Virus record (IMG/VR): IMGVR_UViG_3300035180_001778
Location: 62,001-126,000 of that record
Direction: 5' to 3' (one strand)
Length of the DNA: 64,000 nt
Shown here piece after piece: positions 43,350 to 54,043 of the stretch (position 1 is the stretch's first letter; the number at the start of each line of letters is the position of its first letter). Made by a program: the position numbers and the translations under genes. The notes under the pieces are model-generated. The model had not been told where the DNA came from and searched no databases. It was given only the letters and a program-made list of their open reading frames with translations.

Positions 43350-45481
43350 GACGCCGTCCATTCGAGTTCAGTCAGAATTCGCCCGTTACCCGTGCTCTTG
43401 ATGTAGCTCACTCGAACGAAGATCAAGTATTGACCGCTCCCATTGTTCACGGTGGGAAGAGACGTGTCGTATTCCACATACGCATCAACCCCAATCGTGG
43501 GGGAGATGGTGAGCCGGGTACGACACCCATGGAAGTCCACCGTGGTGAGATCCGGGTCTCCCTTTGCTCGACCCACGTCCATCCACCCAGTGACCCCAGG
43601 AACCTTGACCTGGACGATGGCACCCCCCAGGTGGTCTGCGACCTCGGCTCCGGTGTACGTGACGCCCCCCGAAGCGAAGTCTGCCGGGTTCAGCCCTCGT
43701 AGCCTGAGCTTGCCCGTGCTGGTCGGGAATCCTGTATCAAATGCACGGATATACCGGCGGATATGGGTCGAAGAATCCCCTGAGAAGACCGTCGAGTAGT
43801 CCGGCCCCGTCGCCGGAAAGTACCCTGTCGAGTAGTTCACGCGGGGGTAGGTCAGATACCCAAGATGGCACTGGAGTTCGCCATTATTGGCCGTGAGTGC
43901 AGTCGCAGAAACGAACTTGTTACCACCCACCGGGATGATGGGAGTAGTAGACGAAGCTGCCGTGAACGAACCCACATGACGATAGGTTTCGTCGCTGAAA
44001 AGCTCCAGGGTGTTCGTTGACGCCAGCACCGAAAGGGCGTTGTACATGTACTTCTCGGTGCTTTGCACCACCAAGGCGGACCGAAACAACGCCTGATATT
44101 GAATTCGGATCACGGAGTGAGGCCATACCGGACCTTCCCCAAGAACCGGAAGTGCATTGGCCTGAAACTTCACGACCGTGCCAGGCATCGGAGGGGACCC
44201 ATTGGAGAATGACGAAGAGGTCCCGTTATTGAAGATGTTGGAGGGCGACGCGAAAAGGTCGAACGTCTGAACGGCCCCCCCGAAGTCTGCCCAGTCGATC
44301 GTGATCGGAGTGGTAGCCGAGGTGTACCCATTAGGCACCGACCCCGTCACATGGGTGTTCGTGTAGTACGAGTTCGCGAACAAGTTGTTCGCAATCCCCG
44401 TGATCGAGAACGCGAGACCCGTGCTGTTGTAGTAGGGCACCCCCGAAGACTTCGAGGTCGTCACCGTACCTGCGGGAGCCGTGGTGAGAGAGACACTTGT
44501 CGGAAGGGTGGCCGTCGTATCTGCGTAGATGCTCGTCCGAATGACATTCTCGAAGTCAGGGGACGAAGGAGTCGCCGAGTAGCAGTTGGCAGCAACAAGG
44601 GTCAAGGGCGTGATCCCCGCCGGCTGAATTGCCGCAAGGGTGGTCGCGTAAGACTCCTTCCAGTGAACCAGGAGGTAACTCCCATTGTCCCCTGAAGCGA
44701 TGGTGAAGGTGTACCCGTATTCGGCGATCTGATACGCCGAGAAGTTTTGGGGATACCCCGAAAAGGAGCCACCCATGGATGCCGTGCTCTGTGGACCACG
44801 GTACTGCAACATGAGATTGTCGATACCCGAGAGCGTGGGGTTGTAGTCCGCTTGCCCCACCGCTCGGAGAGACTCATCGAAGTTCGAGTAGGGGACGCTG
44901 TACGAAGGAGGCGCGGACCCCAACCAGAGAGCCCCGACCAACGTCGTGTTGGCGCTATCGGAAAAGTCGGTCGCCGTCGTCTTGTAGATTGCGAGAACCC
45001 CACGATCTGCGGGGTAGAGAAACCCCGTGATGGTGTTCGACAACCCGAAGGTGTGCATCAAGGACTTGGTCACTCGACCGTGAGTCGAATCTTGAGACCA
45101 TGCCCCGTTAACGCCCGTGTTTGAGATCGGGACACCCCAGTAAGGGATCCCCGAATTGACGGTGAGGCCGTTGTCCGACCCCAAGGTGTTGGGGGGAGGC
45201 GGAGCAAGATCCTTGAACTGCCGGATGAAGTCGAAGACACTCTCGCCGCGAATGACCCCGCCAGCACTCTCCAAAAGGGGAGCTGAAGTCAGGGGGTCAA
45301 TCGGAGCCACCCCGATTGCGGACGCCATGTGTGCGTCAGTCGGATCCGCGATGTGACTGGAGAGAACCACCCCACCCCCCTCACCCACCGGAAAGAGTAG
45401 TGACGAGGCATTGGCCACGTTTGCCGGGAGCTTGCCGGAACCAGGGGCGACGGTGACGGTCGGATTCTTCGAGCTGGGCAT
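43346..45481 (-). CDS. Putative tail/baseplate structural protein (711 aa)
   Basis: Ser/Thr/Gly-rich; HIADPTDAHMASAI motif. Confidence 0.7.
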   Translation of the reverse strand: MPSSKNPTVTVAPGSGKLPANVANASSLLFPVGEGGGVVLSSHIADPTDAHMASAIGVAPIDPLTSAPLLESAGGVIRGESVFDFIRQFKDLAPPPPNTLGSDNGLTVNSGIPYWGVPISNTGVNGAWSQDSTHGRVTKSLMHTFGLSNTITGFLYPADRGVLAIYKTTATDFSDSANTTLVGALWLGSAPPSYSVPYSNFDESLRAVGQADYNPTLSGIDNLMLQYRGPQSTASMGGSFSGYPQNFSAYQIAEYGYTFTIASGDNGSYLLVHWKESYATTLAAIQPAGITPLTLVAANCYSATPSSPDFENVIRTSIYADTTATLPTSVSLTTAPAGTVTTSKSSGVPYYNSTGLAFSITGIANNLFANSYYTNTHVTGSVPNGYTSATTPITIDWADFGGAVQTFDLFASPSNIFNNGTSSSFSNGSPPMPGTVVKFQANALPVLGEGPVWPHSVIRIQYQALFRSALVVQSTEKYMYNALSVLASTNTLELFSDETYRHVGSFTAASSTTPIIPVGGNKFVSATALTANNGELQCHLGYLTYPRVNYSTGYFPATGPDYSTVFSGDSSTHIRRYIRAFDTGFPTSTGKLRLRGLNPADFASGGVTYTGAEVADHLGGAIVQVKVPGVTGWMDVGRAKGDPDLTTVDFHGCRTRLTISPTIGVDAYVEYDTSLPTVNNGSGQYLIFVRVSYIKSTGNGRILTELEWTAS

Positions 45482-48066
45482 CAGAACCTCCGAGAGAGCG
45501 GGTTGCCCTTGATGCGGACTACACCTGCTGTCGTCGTATTCAGAGAGAGATTGGGGTCAAACGCCACCCAATTCCCATCGTCGAGCGTTGCATTCCGAAC
45601 GAGCATCACGAGAACGAGTTGCCCCCGGAAGCCCAACGGAGAATCAGAGGAAAGCTCCGCAAGCACAGGGAGGACATTCCTGTGCGTCTTGGAATCCGAG
45701 AAGTTCTGAGCGTAGGCATTGGGGGTATACCCACTGGGCACGGATTTGAAGAAGCTTCGTCCCTCGATATCCGTGTCGACCAGCGCACGATCGAACGTCA
45801 TGGCTTCAGGACTCGGGACGAAAGGCACGTACAACGGCAACTTGAGGAAGCCCGTCTGCGAGCTGAAGTTCATCACCGAGAGCTGCTTCGACCCCGTCAG
45901 CTCATGGTCCCCGTTGAAAGAACTGCTGTCCGTCGGGTAGATGCCCCCCACCTGGACGTAGGCAAAGGGGAACGGATACCCCTCGTCCTGAGACCCGCTC
46001 CCCGTGGAGAAAGTGAAGAGAGACTCCCCGACATGCCTCGGGGTCAAAGTCAGGGTCATCCCGATCAACTCGGATCTCGCCGTTTGAGGAGCCCTCGCTT
46101 CGTAGTAGACCGTCAACTGCTCCCCATTCTGAGGGAGCGGTCGAATGGCGACGTAGGAGATGTCGAGCACATCTCCCGGGGTGGTCGAATCCGCAGTGAG
46201 GTCGAAGTAGCGACCGCTGAAGTGCAACGAAGTCGTCCCCGCGATCGGAGACCCGTTCTTGAGCACTGACACGATGCTATCTGCGCGTTCCGGAAGTCGG
46301 TAACGCGTGGCGATCTGAGTCCTGTCCGCGTCCATCGTCAGCGTGATCGTTGACGTGTTGTACTGGAGGCGAACCTCTCGATGGGGGGCATCAATGTCAT
46401 TCGTTGACGCCAGAGCCGAGAACGAAATGGGCGAGGATCCCGGTAGGGCCCCGGGATTGTTCACCTCAACAGAGGCAGCCCCAAACGTGGTGGTGGGCGT
46501 CTTCGAGAGTCCCACCCCAGCCGGATATGCCACCAAGAGATCCACGTATAGGGTTTCATCCGTCAACCCAAACCCAAAGAGAATCCCCATCTTGATCGTA
46601 AGGGTATTCACAGGGATTTCGCCGAGTCCCGTCACGAGATAGACCCCGTTGGCGGCATCTCGCGTGACCTTCCCGCTCCCATCCCCAATCCATTGGGCAC
46701 TCAGGTAGTCCACGAAGGCCACGGTGGCAGGGTTGTAGGAAGCCCAGTTGAAGGCAGCGTAGGGGTAGATGGCCAGAGCTGTGGGGTCAATGGTGACCAC
46801 TGACCCATCAACCCAGCCACCGCCGGGTGCGGGCACAGCAACCGTGATGACCTCGTAGACCACACGATCCGAGAACGACCTACGAGCAGCATCGAACTCC
46901 CCGATGAACGCCGCTCCCGGGGTGTTCCCCGTCGTTGTCCCATCCCCACCGTTGGCGTTCGAGACCCCAATCGAGTCAGCCCAGAGAACCGTGTGCCCAT
47001 TGGACCCGCCGCCGATTGTAGTCGACGTCCAGTCCGTCTGAACCGAGTTGTCGAGGAGCGCGTTGAAGCTCTTCTCCAGGAGTTCGCGGTAGTCCCAGCC
47101 CGTCGGACTGACCGCATGACGGAGGTCGGCGATATCCTTCGCTGCAAGGATGTCGTGAAAAAGCCCGTCCGGCCGATCACTCGGTCCCGGGCTGGCGACC
47201 CCTCCGTTGTGATTCGTGTTGCGAGCGAACGCCGTGGTGTTCCGCCGGAACACGGCAAGGAGAGGGATGGCGTACATGTAGCCATCGACCGTCCCCAAGG
47301 TGTTCGATGTGGTGCCGTTGCCAGCGACCCAAAGACCAGGGTCACCGCTCGTCGACTGATTGACGTAGGGGAAAAGCGTGGCAACACCATCCGGGGTGGC
47401 CGCGTTGGTCGGGATTGAATTCGCGACCACAGTCGGGTCATCAAGACCGTAGGGCGTGGCGAAGAGGTCGACCCCATGAAGGACCCTCAGCCGGTATTGG
47501 AGCTGTACCCTCTTGGTGGTCTCGGATCCCACGTTGGTGTCCAAGATGTCGTCGGCGTAGTTCAATGCCAGGTCGTTGGCGGAAGCGACCTTGACGTTGC
47601 CATTCCTCCAGATGCGACCCGCGGGGCTCTTGTTCGTTGCATCGGGGGATGCCGAGATGAGAGCCCTCCAGACTTCCAGGACAACAAGGTCCGTACGGTT
47701 GGCCCCAGCTCCAGCGGGAGCCGCCCCCATGTTGAGCTTGTTGGACCCGTTCGCGTTGGTGTGGGCGACGAGGAACGTCCAGCCGTTGACCTGTGCAACG
47801 AGATTGTTGGGCATCGCGAGCTGGTTGGCGACCACGCTCGTCGTGAAGATGCCCGAGGAGGCGCTACTCGTCCCCAAGAAGTCATCCGCAATACAGCCCG
47901 AAGGCATGCGTTGAGCAAGCCCTTGCGAAAAGCCCTCTGCGAGGTCCTGCGAAAGGTTCAGCTCCTTGTCGAGAACCGGCTTCCCAGCCTGGCTCACGGT
48001 CGACTCGAAGTTGCGGCCCGACGGATCCAGATAGCCGCTCACCGCGGCTCCGAAGTACTTGTTCAC
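45481..48066 (-). CDS. Virion structural protein (861 aa), paralog of 38402-42709
   Basis: QAGKPVLDKELN; RVQLQYRLRV; GTVDGYMYAIP; RPDGLF. Confidence 0.75.
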   Translation of the reverse strand: MNKYFGAAVSGYLDPSGRNFESTVSQAGKPVLDKELNLSQDLAEGFSQGLAQRMPSGCIADDFLGTSSASSGIFTTSVVANQLAMPNNLVAQVNGWTFLVAHTNANGSNKLNMGAAPAGAGANRTDLVVLEVWRALISASPDATNKSPAGRIWRNGNVKVASANDLALNYADDILDTNVGSETTKRVQLQYRLRVLHGVDLFATPYGLDDPTVVANSIPTNAATPDGVATLFPYVNQSTSGDPGLWVAGNGTTSNTLGTVDGYMYAIPLLAVFRRNTTAFARNTNHNGGVASPGPSDRPDGLFHDILAAKDIADLRHAVSPTGWDYRELLEKSFNALLDNSVQTDWTSTTIGGGSNGHTVLWADSIGVSNANGGDGTTTGNTPGAAFIGEFDAARRSFSDRVVYEVITVAVPAPGGGWVDGSVVTIDPTALAIYPYAAFNWASYNPATVAFVDYLSAQWIGDGSGKVTRDAANGVYLVTGLGEIPVNTLTIKMGILFGFGLTDETLYVDLLVAYPAGVGLSKTPTTTFGAASVEVNNPGALPGSSPISFSALASTNDIDAPHREVRLQYNTSTITLTMDADRTQIATRYRLPERADSIVSVLKNGSPIAGTTSLHFSGRYFDLTADSTTPGDVLDISYVAIRPLPQNGEQLTVYYEARAPQTARSELIGMTLTLTPRHVGESLFTFSTGSGSQDEGYPFPFAYVQVGGIYPTDSSSFNGDHELTGSKQLSVMNFSSQTGFLKLPLYVPFVPSPEAMTFDRALVDTDIEGRSFFKSVPSGYTPNAYAQNFSDSKTHRNVLPVLAELSSDSPLGFRGQLVLVMLVRNATLDDGNWVAFDPNLSLNTTTAGVVRIKGNPLSRRF

Positions 48067-48076
48067 GCGGGTGCCT

Positions 48077-48745
48077 TTAGGTGGTCAAACGCCACACGAT
48101 GGTCATCGTGGAAGTGGCCGGCTTGTTGATCACGGGGAACGTCAGGTAGTTGATCAGCGTCTCTTTGGTCGTGAGGTCCACCGTCGGGTCATACGCCCCA
48201 TTGGGAGGGGAGACGGGGTTCTTGATCGCGAGGTTCGAGGAGACGTTGCCCCCAATGAGGCCCATCTCGACCAGGGGCCCCACAGCCTCCGACTGCGTGT
48301 ATGTGGTCGTGTAGTCCACCACCTTGGTAGGGATGGCCGAAGGAAGACCCCCAGCGTCGATGTAGGTCGTCGTCGTGAACGTCTTCCGCGTCAGCTCGGA
48401 GAAGAGCGCCCGTTGGGTGTTCGTCGCCGCCGGGGGGCTCATCGGGTTCCAGCCGACGTCCCCCGTCCCAACCGCAAGAGCGAAGATGCCCGTGGGAGGC
48501 TCCTGGCTGTTCTTGAGGAGCCTCGCGATCAGGATCGAAGCGTCGAAAACGACAAGGTTCCGAACTTCCCGGTGATCTTGGACCTCGTCGGTCTCCCCGT
48601 CGCGGAGGGTGATGAAGACATCGCCTCGGATCCAGTGCCCTTTTTCAGCAGGATCCGCGAACGTCTCGCAGAGCTGATTCAGAGCATAGGTCTGCGGAGG
48701 GGCCGCGAAGAGCTGAGCGAATTCGTCCACATTGAGTGCCATCAC
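48077..48745 (-). CDS. Baseplate/tail-fibre attachment-like protein (222 aa)
   Basis: NLVV..LAVGTG..L..EL.RK..EMGLIGG..F..INK pattern. Confidence 0.55.
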   Translation of the reverse strand: MMALNVDEFAQLFAAPPQTYALNQLCETFADPAEKGHWIRGDVFITLRDGETDEVQDHREVRNLVVFDASILIARLLKNSQEPPTGIFALAVGTGDVGWNPMSPPAATNTQRALFSELTRKTFTTTTYIDAGGLPSAIPTKVVDYTTTYTQSEAVGPLVEMGLIGGNVSSNLAIKNPVSPPNGAYDPTVDLTTKETLINYLTFPVINKPATSTMTIVWRLTT

Positions 48746-48768
48746 TCGTCCCCACGGATAAGAGAAAA

Positions 48769-49290
48769 CTAGGGTTCGAGAGTCACAACTGTCGTCGTCC
48801 CCGGACCGATTGGCGCCAGGTTGGCCGCTGTGATGAAGGGGTGCCCGATTCCGTTGAACAACGTCCAGTAGACGTTGTTCAACAATGAAACCTTGGTCGG
48901 GTCCATGGGCTCAGTGAGGGTCGCAATTGCGCGAGAGCTGGTTGCTCCCCCGATGGTGTCGGAGTTCTTGTAACCGAAGTCGAAGGTGGCTTCCGAGAGC
49001 CTCGACGCCGGAGCCCAGAGGACAGATCCCACCCCAAGCAGCGACGGGGTGAAGGTCATCCCAGGGTTCAAGGGGTACGTGAAGAGGGGGACAGGGTCGA
49101 CCAGCGCGGGGAACTTGTAGGTGTCGTACGCCTTCGTGCAAACGTCGACCTCATCGATCTGAATGACCGAGTTCGCCGCCGCCGCTTCCATGGCCGGCGA
49201 AAAGAAGACCCGTCCCTCGGAGGACCCGTAAAATAGCCCTTGAGCAACCCCTGAGAAGGCGCTCAGCTTGACGATGATCGGGGTTCCCAT
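48769..49290 (-). CDS. Putative structural protein (173 aa)
   Basis: ORF in the baseplate module. Confidence 0.65.
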   Translation of the reverse strand: MGTPIIVKLSAFSGVAQGLFYGSSEGRVFFSPAMEAAAANSVIQIDEVDVCTKAYDTYKFPALVDPVPLFTYPLNPGMTFTPSLLGVGSVLWAPASRLSEATFDFGYKNSDTIGGATSSRAIATLTEPMDPTKVSLLNNVYWTLFNGIGHPFITAANLAPIGPGTTTVVTLEP

Positions 49291-49295
49291 GTGCT

Positions 49296-52200
49296 TTACC
49301 CGTCGATGTAGATGGTGACAGTACCCTCGCCCGGACTACGAACGAGACGGTACGTGTGGAACTCCCCATCGAGGAAGTCGAAAGGAGCACCCCCAACCAC
49401 CGTATCCGAAGCCACATCTTTGACCAAGATGTACCGCTCTCCAAGGGATGAGGTGACGAAGGCCAACGAGAGGGTCATCCCGGGAGCTGAGAAGCCCACT
49501 CGAATTTGGGAGTCCCCCGTCCCGCCCGTCGAGTCGCTGAGGACCTTGAATCGGAACTTGAACTCGGTCTCCAAGCTCGGGGAATTCGGAAGAGGCGTGG
49601 CGTTCCGATAGATGGTCCGAGTCCCAGTCCCATCCGTCCCGTAGGTGAGGATCCCAGAGAAGGACGACCGGGTGACATGGGAGGCATTGTCTGAGGCGAT
49701 TACCCATGGAGTAGGAGCTGTTGCGTCCAGCTCCGGAAGGACATCCCCCGTGTACACCAGACACACCTCATCCTGCCAGTTGAAGGCGCCGATGTCTGAG
49801 AGAAGGTCGTCCACCGGAGCGATGAGGTTCGGAAGCCCCGTGGTGGTTTCGATGACCTGGAGAGAGTTGTACAGAACGTCATCCGGGACAGCGTAACGGA
49901 ACCGGAAAGCCCCATCGTTGAGCTTGAAGTCGGAGTCCGTGTTGAGCACGTCCTCGGGCTTGTTGAGCCCCGAGATGGGTTCCACGACGGTCACAGGGTG
50001 ACGGACCTCTGCGGTCTGTGTCGACGGGACCAGCGGGGTCTTCTCGTTCAGCAGAGTGAAGGCGATGAGCCCTGCATTCTGTAGGAAGTCCGGATCGATC
50101 GCCGGAGGGATGCCCGTCGAGCTGCTCCAGAAGTCCGTGTGCGTGTGCGGAAGATTCATCGTCAAGTGCTCCGGGGAGGCCATGACGTTCCGCTGGTTCA
50201 AGACTTGGTGGTGGGGGACAATCCTCAGCTCGGTGGGCGAGCGAGTGATCCCATAGCGAACGAAATCCCATGACGATTGGGAGATGTTCGTCGGGTCGAA
50301 GGCCCCGAAAACGATAGACGGAAGTCCCCCTGCCAGGATCCTGGGGATTCCGACGGTGTTCGAGGGAAGGTCGATCGTGTTGTACCCCAGCTCGATGAGC
50401 TGGGTCATCCCCTGGTAGACTTCAACGTCTCCAGCCGGGCTGCGCGTGACCCTGTACTTGCTGGCGACCGACCAATCCGTTTCCTTGGGGATTCGGTAAC
50501 TCGCCGTCGAGGGTTGGTTGACGATGATCGAGGCCAAGGTGAGGGTCGTGGAGTTCGGCACGGCCTGAATCGTGTAGACCCCCTTGTTGGGGCCTGCGTC
50601 GATGATGAGGCGATCTCCGGTCACCACCCCCAAAGCGAAGAAGTCCGTGAGGGTATCCGTGATGACGTTCCCGACGACGTGGACATCCCTCCCCAAGCCC
50701 TTGAGGGGAAGATGGTAGCCCGTCAAGGCATCCGAATCGAAGCCCTTCCAGACCCCCACATAGCGACGGTAGCTTGAGAGCACCCGCCAGGCATTCGTGT
50801 ACACCCAATCGACCACGGAGGTGGACTGCATCGAAGCCGGGGACGAAGACCCGAAGGAGATGGTGCCGTCCGTAACGGGAGGCCCCACAGCCACAGGGAA
50901 CGAGCTGTAGGCGACGGTGCCCGTGAAGATCCCATCGACGAACAGAGTGACGAGGTCACCCCCAAAGCTCTTGACAAGACGGTAGGTGTGGAACGCTCCG
51001 TCCTTCCACTCGAAAGCAAACTGCCCGCCCACAACAGGGGCGCCGTCCGAGTGCAACGTGATGTAGCGGATCCCGCTGGCTTCCTGGAGGAAGAAGCCAA
51101 GGGAGCGAGAGCCGTCGTAGACTTGAGCCGTCGCTCCAGCGAATCCGCCCCCATCGGGGATGAAGGAAAGGACCTTGAGTCGTGACTCAAGGATGAAGTC
51201 CGAGGTGGCGTCGACAACACGATCGGGAGATCCTGTGGGAGCCGTGTCGTCAACGAAGTAGACCCGAGCGTCATTCGTATCTGCGTCCGAGATCCGAAGT
51301 ACCTGCCCCACCATTCGCACGGGAGCTGTACCCATCGAATTCCAGGGGACGGGCTGCGCCTGGTCCGGGTAGGTCCGCCCGCCGTAGCTGAGCTTTGGTG
51401 CTGCCACATCCGAGAAGAAGCAGAGCTGGACAAGACGATCCCCGTCGTCGATAGCTGCCATCAAGGCGTTGGGGGTGATTCCGTGGGTGAACGTCCGGAG
51501 CTGCACATTCACGTCGAGAACCACATCCGCGGCCGATGACAGAAGAGGCTCAATCCGAACGAACCCTCGGAAGTCTCCGTCAATGAGCCCCGCAAGAGCT
51601 TCCACAGAAGGCGTCGTCGCACTCGTGGAGTCGAGGAGCAGGAAGTCTCCCCCAAGAATCGTCTCCGTCCCATGGGCCCCAACAGGCGTCCATGCTCCCG
51701 GTGCCACCTCGGGGATCTTTGTCCCCTCGTAGGAGACGAAGATTGAAGGAGCCGTCTGAACAGGGTTCGTCGGAAGAATCAGGTAGCGGACGAAATCCCA
51801 GGTTGATGTGCTCGTGGCCACGATCGACAGGGACCCGAAGAACACCCCCTCCAGATTCACGAACGGCGCATGAAGGCTACTCAGGAACGGGAAGCTCCCT
51901 TCCCCGAGCTTCAACGTCTCCAGCACCGCGCCATCAACGAAGAGGCGGACAACCTGGTCTTTCCCTCGGAAGATGCGGTAGGAGTGAAGCACCGCCCAGT
52001 CGAAAACAACCGGGCTGCCCGTCGGGTTTCCGTTCACATACAGGCCGCCGGCCCATGACGTGATGAGGCTCGGGTCCTCCCCATCAACGAGGAACCCAAT
52101 CTTGAGGGTTCCCGCATCATTCAGGTAGCCCACAACCATCGCCCGCTCGGAGTCCGAGTAGCCAGCGACCACACCCGAGAACACCCCTTCCAACGTGGGG

Positions 52201-53216
52201 GTCGCGTTGATGTACATCTGCCACGTCGCAGCGAAGACGTGGGGGAACGTCAAGTCGATCGAACGCGTCCAGAAGATGGGCTGCCCCCCAGGGAAGACAT
52301 CCCCCAACGTGTCGCCAACGACCAGCTCATGGGCAACGATAGCTGCCGTCCCCGAACCCATCCGAGCCCAAGGGTTGACGTCGTTCTCTGGGAGGACAAG
52401 CGCCTGGTATGGGACGAACGTCGAGTTGATCACCCTTTGAAGCGGAGGGAACGCGATCTTGTGCGTCGGGGAATTCAGGAGTAGCAGGTTGGGATCGTTC
52501 AAGACTGGCGTGTAGGCTCGCTCGAACGCTCGGTACTTGAGGTCTCGCTGAAGAGGCTGGTCCAACACCGCCTGCATGTCCGCTGCCACATAGTCGCCCG
52601 GGACAAGAAGCACGTTGTTGTAACGGTACTTGTGTCCATTCCCCATGGGGGGCTGCCCGTTGTCTCGATTCCAGTTGTTGAGCTTGAACTCCTTGGAATT
52701 GAGACCCCGAACCTCAACCGTAGGATTGTGGATCCAGGAGTAGCCGACCTTGACGTCATCTCCGTGAGCAGGGACGAAGGGAAGAACAATCTGCCCGAGG
52801 AGCCCTGCGACCGCGTCGGGGATGACAGGAGAGCCGTTGACGTGAACAGTCACATCGCTGGGGTCATCGGCAATCTGCCCATCTCGGGGGTCGATGATCT
52901 GCCAGGCAATCGTCCCGGTCTCCACATTAGGAAGCGTGAAGCACACCTGAAGACGAACCTTGGTGGCGCTGATCCTTGCTGCGATACGGTACGACCCCCC
53001 ATTCAACGTCGAGGTCAACTTGACGTCGAGGCCGACATAGGAGAGAAGGACATTGGCCCCCGGCAACGTCACGGTCGTGTACGAATCGAGGGTAGCCCCT
53101 GTCCCCGTTGCAAGAACGAGCGGGGGCTTGGAGATGGGCCCTCGGTCCGTGTAGATGCTCTGCGCGTCAATCCCTGACGACGACGTGTAGAGAACCTGGT
53201 TCAAGGTCGTAGACAT
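49296..53216 (-). CDS. Large structural protein with about 4 ConA/LamG-like repeats (1306 aa)
   Basis: Repeated (F/W)..(F)H(T/S)YR..R....V.L(F/Y)(V/I)DG segments. Confidence 0.7.
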   Translation of the reverse strand: MSTTLNQVLYTSSSGIDAQSIYTDRGPISKPPLVLATGTGATLDSYTTVTLPGANVLLSYVGLDVKLTSTLNGGSYRIAARISATKVRLQVCFTLPNVETGTIAWQIIDPRDGQIADDPSDVTVHVNGSPVIPDAVAGLLGQIVLPFVPAHGDDVKVGYSWIHNPTVEVRGLNSKEFKLNNWNRDNGQPPMGNGHKYRYNNVLLVPGDYVAADMQAVLDQPLQRDLKYRAFERAYTPVLNDPNLLLLNSPTHKIAFPPLQRVINSTFVPYQALVLPENDVNPWARMGSGTAAIVAHELVVGDTLGDVFPGGQPIFWTRSIDLTFPHVFAATWQMYINATPTLEGVFSGVVAGYSDSERAMVVGYLNDAGTLKIGFLVDGEDPSLITSWAGGLYVNGNPTGSPVVFDWAVLHSYRIFRGKDQVVRLFVDGAVLETLKLGEGSFPFLSSLHAPFVNLEGVFFGSLSIVATSTSTWDFVRYLILPTNPVQTAPSIFVSYEGTKIPEVAPGAWTPVGAHGTETILGGDFLLLDSTSATTPSVEALAGLIDGDFRGFVRIEPLLSSAADVVLDVNVQLRTFTHGITPNALMAAIDDGDRLVQLCFFSDVAAPKLSYGGRTYPDQAQPVPWNSMGTAPVRMVGQVLRISDADTNDARVYFVDDTAPTGSPDRVVDATSDFILESRLKVLSFIPDGGGFAGATAQVYDGSRSLGFFLQEASGIRYITLHSDGAPVVGGQFAFEWKDGAFHTYRLVKSFGGDLVTLFVDGIFTGTVAYSSFPVAVGPPVTDGTISFGSSSPASMQSTSVVDWVYTNAWRVLSSYRRYVGVWKGFDSDALTGYHLPLKGLGRDVHVVGNVITDTLTDFFALGVVTGDRLIIDAGPNKGVYTIQAVPNSTTLTLASIIVNQPSTASYRIPKETDWSVASKYRVTRSPAGDVEVYQGMTQLIELGYNTIDLPSNTVGIPRILAGGLPSIVFGAFDPTNISQSSWDFVRYGITRSPTELRIVPHHQVLNQRNVMASPEHLTMNLPHTHTDFWSSSTGIPPAIDPDFLQNAGLIAFTLLNEKTPLVPSTQTAEVRHPVTVVEPISGLNKPEDVLNTDSDFKLNDGAFRFRYAVPDDVLYNSLQVIETTTGLPNLIAPVDDLLSDIGAFNWQDEVCLVYTGDVLPELDATAPTPWVIASDNASHVTRSSFSGILTYGTDGTGTRTIYRNATPLPNSPSLETEFKFRFKVLSDSTGGTGDSQIRVGFSAPGMTLSLAFVTSSLGERYILVKDVASDTVVGGAPFDFLDGEFHTYRLVRSPGEGTVTIYIDG

Positions 53217-53221
53217 GAAGG

Positions 53222-54040
53222 TCAGAAATCCTTCGAGTGATCTTCCGCGGACACGGCTTGATTTTGCTTCATTCCAAGCCGATCACGATTCCGAACTCCA
53301 CCCCAATAAGACCTGAAGTCCTCGTAGTAGTAGTTCGCGAGAGCCCAGCGCATGCTGTCGATGATGGTGCCTGTGGTATCCCCATTGGGGATGATCGGAT
53401 CCTGGAAGATGTACCGGATCTTGAAGAGGGTGTGCGCCGGCCGGATGATGTCGAGGAGCATCCTCAGCGTGGCATCGACCTGGAACATGTTCGTCGGAAG
53501 CTGTCCCCCAACAGGGATGACCACGTCAACGTTGAAGCCGAACTGGTCCGAGATATCCAGGCCCGAAGCCCCTTGACGAACGAGGAGGAAGTTCTCCGTC
53601 ACTCGCACGTCCCCCGAGAGAAGGAGCTTCGTCAAGTCCGAAATCGATTTGGGGGTCGACCCTTGGAAGTAGATTCGGATGAGGTTGATGACAAACTGCC
53701 GGAACTCCTCGTCGGAGAAGTCCATGGGCGGGAGCCGCCCATTCAAAAAGAGGAGGTAGCCGACGATCGAGTAGAGGAAGTCCGGCCGCGTCGTGTCGAC
53801 GGAGCTGTCTGTGTTGACGTCCTCCAGGGCCAGCTCGATCCGCGCCAGCTCGACGGCCACAGCCTTCAGCTCCAGCGTGTAGTTGGGCCCCTGAATCGCC
53901 GAGATGTACGTGCTCGGGAGCAGGTTGAGCAGGGTCGTGAAGATGGCCTGCCCTCGTTGCTGTAGACGTAGGTTGAACTCCCGACCCGTCTGGGAGACGG
54001 TCGTGTTGAGCCGATTGGGGTCAGGAGTAAAACGCGGCAT
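53222..54040 (-). CDS. Baseplate wedge protein (P2 gpI-like)
   Basis: LLPSTY..FLYSIVGY..FRQFV..GST..IRPAHT; directly downstream of the J-like gene. Confidence 0.6.
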   Translation of the reverse strand: MPRFTPDPNRLNTTVSQTGREFNLRLQQRGQAIFTTLLNLLPSTYISAIQGPNYTLELKAVAVELARIELALEDVNTDSSVDTTRPDFLYSIVGYLLFLNGRLPPMDFSDEEFRQFVINLIRIYFQGSTPKSISDLTKLLLSGDVRVTENFLLVRQGASGLDISDQFGFNVDVVIPVGGQLPTNMFQVDATLRMLLDIIRPAHTLFKIRYIFQDPIIPNGDTTGTIIDSMRWALANYYYEDFRSYWGGVRNRDRLGMKQNQAVSAEDHSKDF

Positions 54041-54043
54041 GGG

